A DNA stretch of 33,510 bases from Phoronis australis. Its lineage: Eukaryota; Animalia; Phoronida. The stretch lies in assembly GCA_002633005.1 (NCBI GenBank), contig NMRA01000109.1, positions 52,035 through 85,544 of the forward strand, read 5' to 3'. Shown in pieces: positions 1-12,918 of this stretch. A program made the position numbers and the translations under genes. The notes below the pieces were generated by a model. It made no database searches. It was given only the letters and a program-made list of their open reading frames with translations, and was not told the DNA's origin. Each line of letters starts with the position of its first letter. Position 1 is the stretch's first letter.

Positions 1-3000
1 TAATAAAAACCACATGATCATATCCACTCGTATTATTGGCTGTTACAATTTGTTCTCAGAATATTCTAGAATCTCTAGAGTACTTTGACCCCAGAACCCA
101 AAGTTGTAAACACCATCTAAAAATAGATTTTGACGTTAAAATACATGTCAACAAGTCTGACCCCATGATTTAAAAGTAGATATGCACAAATTTTGGGCAA
201 CTTAAAATGGATCTATTCTTACTAATTACTTAATCAATATTTATTCTGACAACATATTTAGATTCGTTTGCGCACAATAATTCTCAATCTTATCAACTTA
301 CAATCTTTCACAGTGTTACGAAAGGTAGCAATGTGGATGCTGTTTATCATTGCTTCTCAATGGTTAAAGTAATGACATTCAGTTCCCACTGGTTAAAATC
401 TGGGAAGCCCCCTTTTAGTTTACTGTTACGTAGTATTGCGACCACCTTTGACTTGAATAGTTGCTATTCATTTAAACGGGCAGTGATTGAAGTAAACAAA
501 ATCAACCGAACCCGAACCCTTGGTGAAGCTCAAGCAAATACAATGCGCACAAGGCATGTGCAAGTAGTGGCAATGTGATCGATAAACCTCCGATCAAGCA
601 TGCGCAATGATGCCCAACCCACGGGATTCCGTGTGCTGTTCGTCAAGTTTCCACTGGGCCATAGTTCAGTGTAGGTGGCGCTCTTTCAGAGGGTGGTATG
701 AACTTGGCAAAGAAGTCACAAGCACATCGCCACCGCGTGCTGGTAGAAAGTCTGGATTACGAGTCCATTCATTTGTAATGGCCTGACAACTAAACGGTTC
801 TGTTTGATACTTTCAGCTCTTTACTGAACACTTTCACATCTGAAGAATAATCTTGACGTTTCGGTTAATAGCGTCAATGTAAGCCTGCTCTTTGGTTTTC
901 AAAATCAATAAGGACCATGCAAGGAGATTGCCGCCGTGAATGCTTTGTACCAGGCCGTTGATAGCGACTGGATATTCTAATAGTATAGAAGTCCTGCCAA
1001 CCGACCTTCAGACCAATGAGCTATACTCATTGTTCAGACCGAGAAGAATTTGGAATGTCTGAGGGTGTAATATCTAAATAGAGACAGCTACATGTACTAC
1101 GCCCGACACGATATTGTGCTGCAGCTCAATACAGACCATAAAAGCGTGAAACGTGCCAAATACATAACGTGTTTTGGTCGTGATAGACCGGCCGAAATTT
1201 CCCCCTCATTTTCGGGTCGGTCGAAATTCCTGAGTAAATCACAAGTCTTTATTTGACCGGTCACATGCGATTTCACGCTATTACACATTAGGTGATGGCG
1301 TAAAGATAAGAGTCGCTTAATGAAACAAAACGTCTATTTTCACTTTTTCGCTCTTCCGATGGATTTAAACTAACAAAAAATTTGAAATCTCCATAAAATG
1401 TCGACCTCCGTACGTGCTCTCTCCGTAAGTATCGGTGAAGTTTTAGCTGAAGTAACTTCGTTCAGATTAACCAAGTTTCAAGTAACTTTTAGTATTACCT
1501 AGGGGTAAAGTGGTTTCCTTTCTTTTGAATTTTATATCCGTTAAAAATTTAATTTACACTGATGATTTCAAAGTAAATACACAGAAATTGCCGTAAAATA
1601 TCAGTAAACCTGAGTTGCAATTCCTGGAAAACTAACAAATTTCACAAATGAATCTGCAACAGTTTAATTTGTGCAGTGCCACATCATTTGTTTCTAACTC
1701 AACATGGCATGTTTCGGTGTCATTTATTCAAACACCATCATCAGAAGAGAGAATATAGGGGCCACTTAGCTAGGCGCAGCAGCAAATGGTGAAGCACAGA
1801 CACAGTCAGTTACAGGGAGTGACAATAAACTAGACCAACAATGACAACCTGTGGTTTGTCAGTTGCCTATTGAGATTGGGCTTGCACCATCTGATGTGTA
1901 GAACCTCATGAATTTAAAGCTCCTTTGTTGTTTCTGCCTGGTCTGTTATTGCAAAGTCATTGAAAGAGCACTGCTGATAGCAATGGTTGGAGCTCTGTAG
2001 ATGATTATTTACATGTGAACTAAGTTCTCTCAGAATTTAGGCGTTCCTTGGTCGTGGTTTTTGAGGTGCGAACAGTTTCACCTAAATAACTGGAGCCACA
2101 TCCAGAAAAGATACATTTGCACCCTGGACCGCAGACCCGTATGAATTTTGTCCTGAGGGTTAAATAAATTCGATTTAAAACAGGGTTGTTTTATTATCAT
2201 ATGCTACTACTTGCTATCATGTAGATCTTTTGCCACAGCATTCTACATAATGTGTTCTCGCGGGTGTCGTGAGAACATGTATGAACTGAAAGGTTTCTTC
2301 AATTCTTTCCGTTTCAAAATGAGAGCGACGGGTGACCGTGTTCAAGCATATACATTTTTGTCGTAAAGGGAAAATGCAGATGAAAATCTACGCTAATTTC
2401 AAGAGTTCACGATTTTTGTAGGAAGAAAGGAAGTTGAACGAAAAATTAAACTAAAATTGTTGAAAGTTTACGAAAGTTTTTGCTTCAAAATTCCATCTAT
2501 TTTCCACGAGAATTATCGTGAACTTTTTAAGACATTACGATCAATGCTGAACGGCGGTTCGACAGCGTCACAGATATTTGGTGGTTATACCATCCACAAA
2601 CACGGCTGTGTTTCAGTTCTGGAATGCAAATGCAAATCAGTCGCGTTGTTTTAAAGTGAAAGTTTTGTTAGCTCAGGTCTTAGCCTCATATCTAACTTCA
2701 CTGTTAAGCATACATGTAGTGTAAATTTTGCATGACTCCTGGAAGTATTTGGAGTATTTGATTAACGTACGTGCACTTCATGCTTGTATGGAGGAAGATA
2801 TTCTAGTATTGATCGCAATTGCCATTCTCGCCAACCGATATCAGATATCGAACTTCATTTAGAAGTTCATCGCAGTTATGTTTGTGTATTTTTCATTATC
2901 TACTTACATCACATCTTTCACAAGATTTTAACGAAAATTGACAAAAAAGCTATGTGATGTAACGTTTGTTCTCAGTAAAGTTATATTTCCTGCAATCAGT

Positions 3001-3590
3001 ACTTCGTTTTAGCAGCACTTATGTTCGAGTCTAATCTCTCTTCATTTTTCCCACCTTCTTCCACCCTCTCTTTTGGGTGGTTCCTCTTACCTGAGTGCTG
3101 GCGCTTTTCATTCAGCAAAGGGCATTGCACCGACAATTACACGCTATGAAAATTAAGACGCATAATTTCCATAAAAACAATATTTTAATTCAGTGAAATC
3201 TCTCTCTCGTGTTCTCTCACTTGTAAATCACCGATCTCCAATTTGAATGAAGGTGTCGTGTGGTCGGAATCCTTTGACTTGAGCATTATAGTCAGTTACT
3301 AGTGGTAACCTACTTTAGCAGACGATATATTCCCGGTCAAAACTTAGCGTGATGAAATGTGTAGTAAGCTATAACAATTGCTAAACATTACTTCACTTTA
3401 TTTCTATTTTGTTTTATTTTTCAATTGGTTTTGATTAAGAGCATTATTTTACAATAATATCTCGGCTTTTCTTAAAAGGTCACGACCTCCGACCCTGGGC
3501 CTCTGACATAGAAAGTAGTTACAAAGCCGAGGCGAGTCGAGGAAGGTAGATCGATTCAATGCAATGTTTCTCGTTCAGTATGTGGTATAA

Positions 3591-3754
3591 ATAGATTATT
3601 ACATGTTCTCAGTCGTTATCCTCCTTATCTAGAGCCCTCGTGTATTTTGGAGAATTATCACCCTCGGGGCTAACGCCCCTCGGGCGATAATTCTCCAAAA
3701 TCCACTCGGGCTCCAGATAACGGGGGATAACGACTTCGCCATGTAATAATCTAT
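3591..3754. mobile_element. Fold-back palindromic MITE (Crypton-associated type suspected)
   Basis: atagattattacatg (3591-3605) pairs with catgtaataatctat (3740-3754). Pairing continues with few mismatches (attttggagaattatc / gataattctccaaaat) to a small central loop. Confidence 0.75.
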
Positions 3755-4239
3755 ATTTATATCGCCTATACCCGTGTATATCTGGAAACGGAGCTTGCGA
3801 CGCACCTATTAATTTCGGGACATATTTCGAAAATAAAGAGCATTTCCGAATCATATCTACCAGCATTTTCTCGTGGAAGTCACAAACTTACTGTATGACA
3901 TTCACGGAGGCGCATGTCAACGCCACATCGTTGTTCTTGCTACTTGATACCAATCTGAGACATGAGCGTGCTTATGCTGAAAGCAAATCAACCGAGAGGA
4001 TTTGCGTCATATAATGTGTTGATAGTTTTATCATATAAATGTTTGAAAATTGCAGCAAGGTCCTAGTTATAAATTCATACCGACTCACCTGAAAAACACT
4101 AATACGACTTCGGTGGATTTTAACGCCAACTCCTGAAACACCTTGATGGGATTCAATACATTTTAAATTCTTTATTGAGTTTTGACATATTCTGAGTTTT
4201 GATCATTGATCTTCGAATAAAAGAAATTTTCAGACTTAC

Positions 4240-4296
4240 CGGTGAACTTTGTATCCGACGTAGAGAGACCGCTCAGATGGGCCAGCTGCCGATCAC
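4240..4296 (-). other. Possible 57-nt symmetric exon on the minus strand
   Basis: On the minus strand, tagtttcag | 57 nt | gtaagt; open in phase 1 (GDRQLAHLSGLSTSDTKFT). No recognisable homology. Confidence 0.25.
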
Positions 4297-4370
4297 CTGA
4301 AACTATAATTATGCTATATTACTACGTAGTAAAAACAGAACTGAGCTTTAGACTCAGGGGTCTATCAGTT

Positions 4371-4441
4371 CGCTCCACTGGTACTCGAATCCGCAACTTT
4401 GACTGAAAGAAATAGACGCTGATCCCACTATGCCACACCGC
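4371..4441 (-). pseudogene. tRNA-derived SINE head or tRNA pseudogene
   Basis: Minus strand reads gcggtgTGGCATAGTGGgatcagcg...gcgGATTCGAGTACcag, giving Pol III A-box and B-box-like motifs at tRNA spacing. There is no good acceptor stem. Confidence 0.5.
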
Positions 4442-5339
4442 TTACTCACTTAGATACAGCTGCGAAAATGGCTTGTTAAAAGGTACTTCCTGTACGCATT
4501 TAGTTGGAAAATAGTACTCATGTCAATTGCAACATTTTGTTGAAATAATGTCATTGAGATATTTTTGTTAATGAACATGGAAGCCTTCAAGCACAGTTAC
4601 GTTGGCTATTGTTTCTTGTCATGAAAATGATGGTGTAAGTGGGTTGAACGTGTGACGTCATCTTTTATGCCGTGGGGACATCTATCAGTCGTCACATCTG
4701 CTTGTAAAGCTCGGCAACGCTGTAGACATTTAGCAAGGCATACTGACCAATGTCTGTACGCATGCAGGAGGCACCTATCCACGTTTTATACATGACCCTG
4801 AAAACAAGGTTGCTCCCGCATGTACAAACATAGGTCTGTGAACAAAAATAGTTTATTCAGCTCAGCAAATTTCCAAAATGAGGGAATGTATACAAAAAGA
4901 ATACTAATCCGTAGTTGCATATTAGATTACATGATCAAGGAGACAATATTTGAAAATGGAGTAATTTACGGCCATGCTATGCAAGGAGTATGATAGAAGG
5001 TGATTCAGACTTGAATTCCAGCCAACATGAAAATAGGAATAAGGATTATGATTTTACTTGAACCCATAATTTTTTTGATTTTTTCTTCAGCACAGCCTTA
5101 ACTAACTTTTTGAGTATCACGTAATTTCGTTGTGACTAAAGGTACCATTTAAACGCAGTTTTTTCTTGAGAGCATACAGGCCATAAAACGCATGCGGTGA
5201 ATACCTCAAAAATAGTTTAAAAGACGTAACCTTTAAATGGGGCTCCCCCACAGACGAGAGGACCGCAGCTGTATCATAGGGGCTGAAGTAAAAACATGTT
5301 TACATTACATCAAATGATTGTCTTGCTCTTTATTTGCAG

Positions 5340-5648
5340 TTAACCTTGCATATAAAAGAACTACATACCAAACGGAACTGGACATTTATGACCATTTTTT
5401 TCGGTACTCATCGAAAGACAACGTCGTAGACGGGCATTTAAGCTATTATGCTAAACGTGGAACACGCGTTGCGGAAGTAATGCAACACCTTGGTGCTTAT
5501 AAAGCTTATGATGTAGGTAAAGGATTTCTTATTCACGCCAATGCGGACAAAGTATTGTGGTGGGCAGTAAAGATGTTCAGCGACAACCATAATGCAAAAG
5601 TGCATGGGGTCTTAATTTCTACCATGACTACCAGGCCAGCTCCAGGAT
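5340..5648 (+). CDS. Exon encoding the N-terminal half of an atypical F-type lectin (fucolectin/galactose-binding-like) domain
   Basis: Acceptor tcttgctctttatttgcag ends at 5339 and donor gtaagt starts at 5649. The exon is 309 nt, open, phase 1-1. Translation NLAYKRTTYQ...NVVDG...IHA...LWWAVKM...KVHGVLI matches the F-type lectin pattern NxAxxKxxxQ..AxDG..HT..WWxV..VxxVxI. Confidence 0.75.
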
Positions 5649-6019
5649 GTAAGTGGAAAATTTAATTTCTCTTCTCGTTAGAGGAGGGGTTAGGCACAGC
5701 TTGTTTTTCCCTCAATACCCTTAAAATGTCTATGTTTTTCAATTTGGTCTTCGTTTTCTACAAATCTACACAACATGTAGGTGTTATCGATCACAGAATT
5801 ATTTTTTACGTTACATCCGCCTAAACAGAGAAACTTTTAACAAAATTATGAAGTTTACGTGTGCTACTGCATTGCTTTTAAAAACACAACATAACGAAAA
5901 CAGTTTCAAAAGTTTATTTGTGGCGTTTGCAAATTGTTGGAAAGGTATTTATACGGACCTGGAGGTTAAAGTTTTTTAAGTTCGCAGAGTCGAGCGTTAC
6001 CTTAAACGGAAATACCAGA

Positions 6020-6362
6020 TTTAATTCATGAAACGTGGAACACGTATTCTGGAAGTTGTTCAACACCTACAAGTTTTGCAAGCTGATGATGTAGGACAAG
6101 GATTTGTTTTTTACTTCAATGATGGCAAAGTGTTGTGGTGGGCAATACAGATGAGAAAGTGCATGATGTCTTACTTTCTGTTATAACTACCAGGCGGACT
6201 CCACACCCTAAGTGGACAAGTTCATTTTGCTACCGAAACAATTTTTTCCGTAACATCCGTCTAAATAAGTTTGCACAATTTACTGCAATGCTACCTCTAT
6301 TTAATATAGGATTGAAACCATGTTGTGCGAGGTTTCATTAGTGACGTTTGCAAATTTGTTGA
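6020..6362 (+). pseudogene. Decayed tandem duplicate of the 3' part of the lectin exon plus downstream intron
   Basis: 6031-6210 encodes KRGTRILEVVQHL...DVGQGF...KVLWWAIQM, paralogous to KRGTRVAEVMQHL...DVGKGF...KVLWWAVKM at 5453-5648. It has a frameshifting deletion, and the donor gtaagt is changed to ctaagt (6208-6213). Intron pieces 5800-5940 recur at 6240-6362. Confidence 0.85.
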
Positions 6363-8024
6363 GTTCACAAACCACCATGCAGCAGATTCATACATTATGT
6401 TTGGTTTTCTACAAAACAAAGTACAAACGCACAGGTCTGTGCATAACAATTACATTCATATTAACTACTATCTTGGTGACTACTCGAAAAACATATCATA
6501 GCGACATATGCAAATATTCGGAGCTAAGGAACTTAATTCCAACCCATAACATCAGATGTTTTTTGTGCCTTGAGTTTTGTTTATAGCAAATACTTTTAAT
6601 CAGTATGATTTCTTCGCGAGGTATTCTAAAACGAGCATAGGACCAGATCAAAAATAAAGTTATTCAGTATAAATATGCATTTACCCAATGATGAAACGCC
6701 GAAAATGTGCTGCAGTAAGTTCGAGCATTGGCGTTTTCATAGACTTGAGGGGTGTCAAAATAAATCGCTATAGCCCCATCTCCCATGTTATCCCCGGTTA
6801 CCCATCAAAAATCGACGAGCATGCCTGCGGAAATTGCTAACTACATTCCATTATATGTTCATCTACAAAAATCGACAGACTCATGCATGATTTTTGACAA
6901 CTAGAAGATAATCTTGTAAAATTTGCAATGATTTAGTGAATTTAGTTACAGCCTAAATTTGTAAAAACACTAACACCGATCCACAAATAGTACAATGCCC
7001 TTAGAAGACTTTCATTATCTAAAATAACTTTCAAAGACCTTGATGAAATTCGGACAGTTCTCAAAATGTATTCAAGATTAAAATCACAATAAATACATTG
7101 CCTTTTGACTTAGGTACAAAAGGAGATAAAAAGAAATGTCATTAAATTAAGGTTAACGCTTTGCTCATGGAATCGATTGTTGGTTTCTGATTTACGAGTA
7201 AATATGTATCTAAAAATGGACTAGATGATTTTACAATTAGAAGCTGATCGTGTAAGAGATTATGATGCTTCACTGAACTACGTTGCAGGCTGAGATTCGG
7301 AAAATTCGATCAACATGTATCATCAGATCGCCAAATAGTAAAGTACCTTACACGATTTTTGTCCAACTGAAACAAGTCTCAAGAATATTGATGAATGTTG
7401 GACAACAGTAAAGAGAGTCCCAAAATGTTCTCACAATTCAAATGGCAATAAATTGTTTACTGTCCTAGGAATCAGATTAGTGGTTAAAATTCACACATGG
7501 CAGATCGAAAAAGAAGTTTAAGTTTTTAAATGTATCAAAGTAAACTCACTGTTCATTAATTTGGATAGGTTGTCTTTGCACTTTCTTGATGTTTTTAGTT
7601 TCCAGTGGTAACCACCAATGAATTTTCTTCTTCAAAACTGAATTGCTTGTTTCACTTTCGTGCACATTGCAAAGACGGAGCACGTCAGGACTGACGCACT
7701 CACGTTAAAAATAAGGTGTAACCATGCAGAAAACCCGCGCAGAATCTCAGTGATCCACGGGAAGTGAGTTCGAACTCCAGACATTGAAGTGTGTACATTT
7801 TTGGGACACACTGCCATTTTCCCCATACATCAGCAACTGGCCGTTTTTCAACAGGGGATGTTAAAACAGAGCCAAAAACACTATACCTGGGACCTCGACA
7901 CCTCAAGTTTTCAAAAAAATACTTCAAAGAATGTCCATAATAAAACGAATGTTATGCGGTTGACTTAGGGCCATTCATACTCTCCGTGAAACTGTGTTCA
8001 CAGGGTACTTGAATCGTGACACTT

Positions 8025-8860
8025 GTCACACCGGAATTGCTCCCCCTTTGGCTGAGGTGAGGGTTTTGTTACAAATATGGCGACATACGTAGAACAGGGG
8101 GTTTGGCGAGCCCGAATTGTTTTGTGCGCCTACCAGTAATTTTTGCTTTCCTACGGGCCTCACAGTGCTTATTTTGCCGGGAGAAATGGGAAAAAAGTAA
8201 TTTGCGTCAGCTTTTGAGAATGACGTTTTGGAAAACGGTCTTGATGTTATCTTGGACGCCCTCAGGTTTTTTTGGCGACAAGGGACTTGTGCGATTATCG
8301 GAATGGGGATAGGGCCGGGAGAACACAGGGACGAGGGAGCAAAGCAACAAGGACTACAGGACCCGAGGACTTGCAGAACGGACTTGGAATTACATGTTGA
8401 TCCGACGTTTTGCGTGTGTTTACGTATCCATGTACAAGTTTCGTCAAGTAGTACATGCACTCAAGCAGTAAACGAAGGTGTTGTCATGTGACTACTTTTT
8501 CTAATTTTAGTCACCTGTTTACGACTCAAAGATGATTACAAAGACAAATTAGAATACCATCTCCAAGAAGTCGATATGGAAGGCAAAAACCACCTGGACG
8601 GTTGTTTAATAAAATGCAGAGACTTGGGTCATCTGTGGGGTTTCTTAAAAGGTTCAAGTTGCTCGTGCATGAAGGCGTTTCGTATGAAGAGCGGAGTCAA
8701 ACGAGAAGACGTTTTAGACACGCCAGTATACAGGAGAGTTTGTAACGTAGATTGTGAGTACGTACCAGACGGGTACGAGGGAATTAACAAAGCTTCTCTC
8801 ACAAAGTGTGGAGGAAAACATCACTACACGATGTTTCCGGTTAATTTCAGTAAGTAAAAT
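8025..8860 (+). mobile_element. Possible LTR-retrotransposon relic (LTR end, PBS, gag zinc-knuckle scrap)
   Basis: tgttaca followed by aata-TGGCGAC (about 8067-8084) looks like an LTR end plus primer-binding site. ORF 8576-8857 ends TKCGGKHHYTM, resembling a BEL/Pao gag knuckle. Confidence 0.3.
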
Positions 8861-9002
8861 AAAAAATAACTTTAGTATTTTTATTATTTCACTTTTGGTG
8901 TGTATATGTAGGTGTTGTGGCATTAATGTACATAAGTGCTGTCACTTTTTTCAAAATTTCTTACGTCTCCCATGCTTTGCATGACAACAGTGTCCGCCTA
9001 AT

Positions 9003-11902
9003 GGGTCTATTCGGAAAATTTACATTAACTATAGGGCGCGCGTGTACTAGCGGTGATAGATTAACAGCCTCGATTTCGCGAGCCCTTTAAGTACATGGTG
9101 AAATGGCTTGTAGGTGTGCCAACTGAATCTGAGATTTCGTGAAAAGGTTGCTTCTATGAGAGAAAGTAAGCACGACTTATGCAAAGGTAAGGTTTGTCAT
9201 CATTTTAACAATTATTCCACGTTTATTCTACTGATGCCTATTAACTGAGATACTCGCTGATGTCGACTTCGCGGCAGTCGCCAGTCGGGTTAATCTTTGT
9301 TTGTCACGTTGTGATGCGTGTTACGATACTTGACGTAGCACTCGTGATGTTTTCATACGTCAAAGCAGTATTATTGTTTGGAATGATTTCTAATAGGTTT
9401 ATAAGTGACAGTTACATCAATGAATGCTGAATGTTTAACTCGATATTGGTTAGTGAGATTACAATCCAAGCCTAATGCCATGGCAAAGGGTATGTAAATA
9501 TACATTAGGCTATTTGTTTACTCCCTATCCTGTGTCTTCTGGAAATTTATTACACGTTGAAATGAAATTCTATCATGTCTTTTTTCACATGACCTTTGAT
9601 TTTTAGGTTTGAGGGCTTGTACCGTGCAGAGGAGATATGCATCGCTTCTGCATCGACCCTGAATGCACAAAAATTGGGTTTAAGCAAATGACTGCAGCTA
9701 ACCAGCAAGATCTTGACATCCAGTGTAGGTCTGTTGTTAAAACCTACATGTACTTTCTTCATCGGAGACAACGAACAACCTTTGTTACTCCGGCCCACAG
9801 CATTTCCAAACACCGTTAGTGCTGCATGGTACATGTCAGTGGCCCTGGTGAAATGTGAATCGCAGTACGAATTTACCATAAGGCAACGTGTTGTTTGTGT
9901 GTGAAGAGGAACCATATCTGACTGCTACACAAGTCAGCCTCGTTGGTGAGGATGACCTTTCATAGGCAATAAGTCATGTGTGGACAATAGCTTATTTTCT
10001 TTCCTGGAAGAAACATGCTGGATTGAAGCTAAAGAAGACGTAGTGATACTCTGGTCTAGTTCAGGGTCATATTTTGGACACAAGGCAAGTCAAGTGATAT
10101 GCTGTTGTGTTTACCTTCAAGGATCTAATTGAGGCTGAATGAGGTTACCTGGAGGAAAGCCACGTGCCGAAACTGGACCTTTTTCACAAGCGCTTTTATA
10201 GGCTATTGAAACAAGATCTCCGTGAAATGAAAACCAAAAATATCTGGTATAAATGCTGGCCTTTCTCACTGAGTGACATTAAATTTTCCATTCAGAAGAA
10301 AGGCTTTATGCTAATGGTAAAAACTTTTCAATTTGGTACACATTATGGGGAAATGACATTAGTGACTGCATCGATTGTGTTATTGTCAGTAGAAAGCCCG
10401 CTAATGTTACTCTTTGATGATGAATAAAATTTTTCATCAACAGGCAAGATTGACACTAATTATTGAAACCACAATATTTCCTCAGTTTTAAAGTCCCACA
10501 ATGTGCAGTTGTGCTTATTCTTTATAATGCTGAAATGATTAGCGATTACGCTTGCGAATTGTCGTTTTCCTCAGTGTTGACCTCTAGAAATGTGCAGCGA
10601 TCAAAATGAAGTATTCCCTTTGTTTGCATTTGATTTGTTTGTGTGTGCAATTATTTTTAGAGCTTTCTCAAGAAGGCCTTTGAACAATTTTAAGTTTTGT
10701 GTTAACTTGTCCACAACAAAAGTTCCACATGCAAGAAAAGTATATAAAGAAACAACATTGTTAAGAACAATTGAAATTTTCCCTAGCAATGGATTCCAAA
10801 ATCAGGCATATCAAGGGCTGAATTTCTGACTTATGTTCGATTCTCTCAGGTTAATGCTGAAGGATTGCTTTTCACTTTGTCCAAATGTAAAATAGACGGT
10901 CAGTCGGCTGGTTTCAGCTGTTTTCTCTCACCTGTAACAGAATAGCGGGAGAAATATTAACAAATTATAAAAGAAAAGACAAGACAAAACTACTTTAGTA
11001 AGGCAGAACATACTAGACGTCCCATCTTCATGTTTATATGTAGAAACTAATAATCTTTGTACCCAAGTCTTATTTAAGATCTGAATTAAACCATGACAAA
11101 CAGGCTAAAAGTGATTTAATAACGTGTATTTTTCACGACACCTAAAATGTGCATCTGACCTCAACAAGTAAAATTCATTCTAGGTGTCAATTTTTATTCC
11201 AATGCAATGTTATGACGTTTACTGAATAGCTTATTCATCGGTTAATTCAGTAACTAATCTGGTAGTCCTGGGGGTGGAGTCCGCCATAAAATAAGGAAAC
11301 TCACTCGTCTAGAGAATTTCATTGGACATAGCATAGCTTTGAAGAGAACTTACTGTGAAAGTCATCCTTGACTTCTGAGCGTCACGTACCATACACCTCT
11401 CATATTGGGCGCATTCCCACCCCTGGAGGACAATATGTGAATATGTGCTGCTGGCCTACCCGGCATCCGAGACCTGGGCGAGTTTCCGAAAACAAACACT
11501 TAGTTCCATTCAATAGGCCTGAACCCTTTATTCAGAGGGGTAACTGGTAGGGATAACATCACCGAACGATGTCGATAGAAACTTGATTGTTAGAAACTTA
11601 CCAAGTTACGTCATGTAGTCTCCCAAAGGAGCTTCGGCATCTACACACTTTTTGTCAGTTGGTTGACCCTTTTGACCGCAATGCTCCACGAATGTAGTAA
11701 CCTTAGGTCTTTTGGTAATTTGTGACCACCTGTCGAAGACTTGCACCAGAGAAAATAGCAATAATAGGGCTTTGCGCGACGACGTATTTTGATAACAATC
11801 CGTCTTTTTACCAGCTGTTTACATGCAGACAGCGACGCATGCGCAATTCAATCACCACTAGTACAGCAGCGACACCGCGAGGAGAATTCTCCGAATAGCC
11901 CA
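9003..11902 (-). mobile_element. Decayed ISL2EU/Harbinger-related DNA transposon with spliced THAP relic
   Basis: Bipartite imperfect TIRs: gggtctattcggaaaatt...tgtactagcggtgat (9003-9057) versus atcaccactagtaca...aattctccgaatagccca (11851-11902), with AT on each side. Minus strand has YYCYFLWCKSSTGGHKLPKDLRLLHSWSIAVKR (about 11770-11670), a donor at 11601, and an acceptor at 10932 followed by GERKQLKPAD*PSI (THAP end). Confidence 0.55.
11266..11427. mobile_element. Small MITE nested in the THAP intron
   Basis: Imperfect terminal inverted repeats tcctgggggtggagtccgcc versus gggcgcattcccacccctgga. Confidence 0.4.
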
Positions 11903-12070
11903 ATTCAATCATTAATCAATGCGCAGAGCACCGAAGCTCCGTTGCTTGAATTCCAACATCAATTGCATCTGTGTTTTGAAGGTAATTTTCAGAGCAAGTG
12001 CATCTACGAAATAACGCTATTCTACAATATCTTAGTCCAAAACGAAGTCAGAGTGAATTGTTGTTAAACA

Positions 12071-12886
12071 AACATTTGTTTTTGTGTAAATGCTGGACTA
12101 AAATGCACTGAAATGTGACTGAAATGTGCAACTGCCAAAACTGTCAGAATGTCAAAGTGAGTGATGAAATTGAGTCTGATGATGAGTAGCGGTGTGATGG
12201 ACTTACATCCCAGCCGGAGGAACTTGGAAAGACATCTTCTCAGGAGACAGAGACCATGCTAGTAACTAGCCCAGTGAGCCTGGTGATTTGTGTAACATTT
12301 TTCTATTTTCATATTTACGTCTCTAGTAATGGCTTTTTATCTGGTTAATTTCTCGACCTTTTGTATTTCATCGGAATGCATTTGTTGTTATTCTACACTT
12401 TTTGTCTCAATTTTTTTGACAAATTGTATGCTTTGGACTTGAAGCAGTGATTGTTTTTGTATGGCATATTTGTATATGTCAGATAAAATAAGGATAAAAC
12501 ATTGTCAGTTTGATAATTATAGTTTTACCAACAGTAAAAACAGCAAAAAGCACTATAAATGATAGTTCCATTTTTCGCCAACAGGTGGCACCCATAAATT
12601 CACATTTCTTCTATAATTCTACATTTTAATTGAAAATATAACAAACTATATGTTTATTATGGCTTAATACAGCCTGTAGGGATATTGTCTGCAGTATCAT
12701 CCTTTATGGATACTTAAATGTCTTCTTTTTTAACTTTTTTAAATCAATGTAAAATTTGCTGAATTGGCACAATTCTAACATCAAATTTCACAAAAAATGT
12801 GCAAGTTTAAACGCCGGAGCTTTTGACTCATAAAGTACAATGGTTTGTGACATCAAAAACACCTGAATTAAATTGCACCCCCCCTA
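12071..12886 (+). mobile_element. 3' end of an AcademX-like DNA transposon
   Basis: 12071-12190 encodes a tesmin/CXC-type Cys cluster C-F-CVNAGLKCTEM..CNCQNCQN followed by an acidic tail and stop. The region ends aaattgcacccccccta (reverse complement TAGGGGGGGTGC), like an Academ terminus. Confidence 0.5.
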
Positions 12887-12918
12887 AAGTGGTCACAGAA
12901 GTGGTTTTCTAGGTGTCC

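Noticed and set aside
850-900. Minus-strand ccGAAACGTC resembling a Penelope hammerhead tail
   Set aside because: No CUGANGA box or convincing stem II, and no adjacent Penelope coding relic.
2140-2163. piggyBac-like end (...gagggTTAA)
   Set aside because: No matching opposite end or transposase relic found in the window; the same holds for agggttaa near 18425.
4371-4441. Functional tRNA gene
   Set aside because: The acceptor and anticodon stems do not pair properly and the B box is imperfect.
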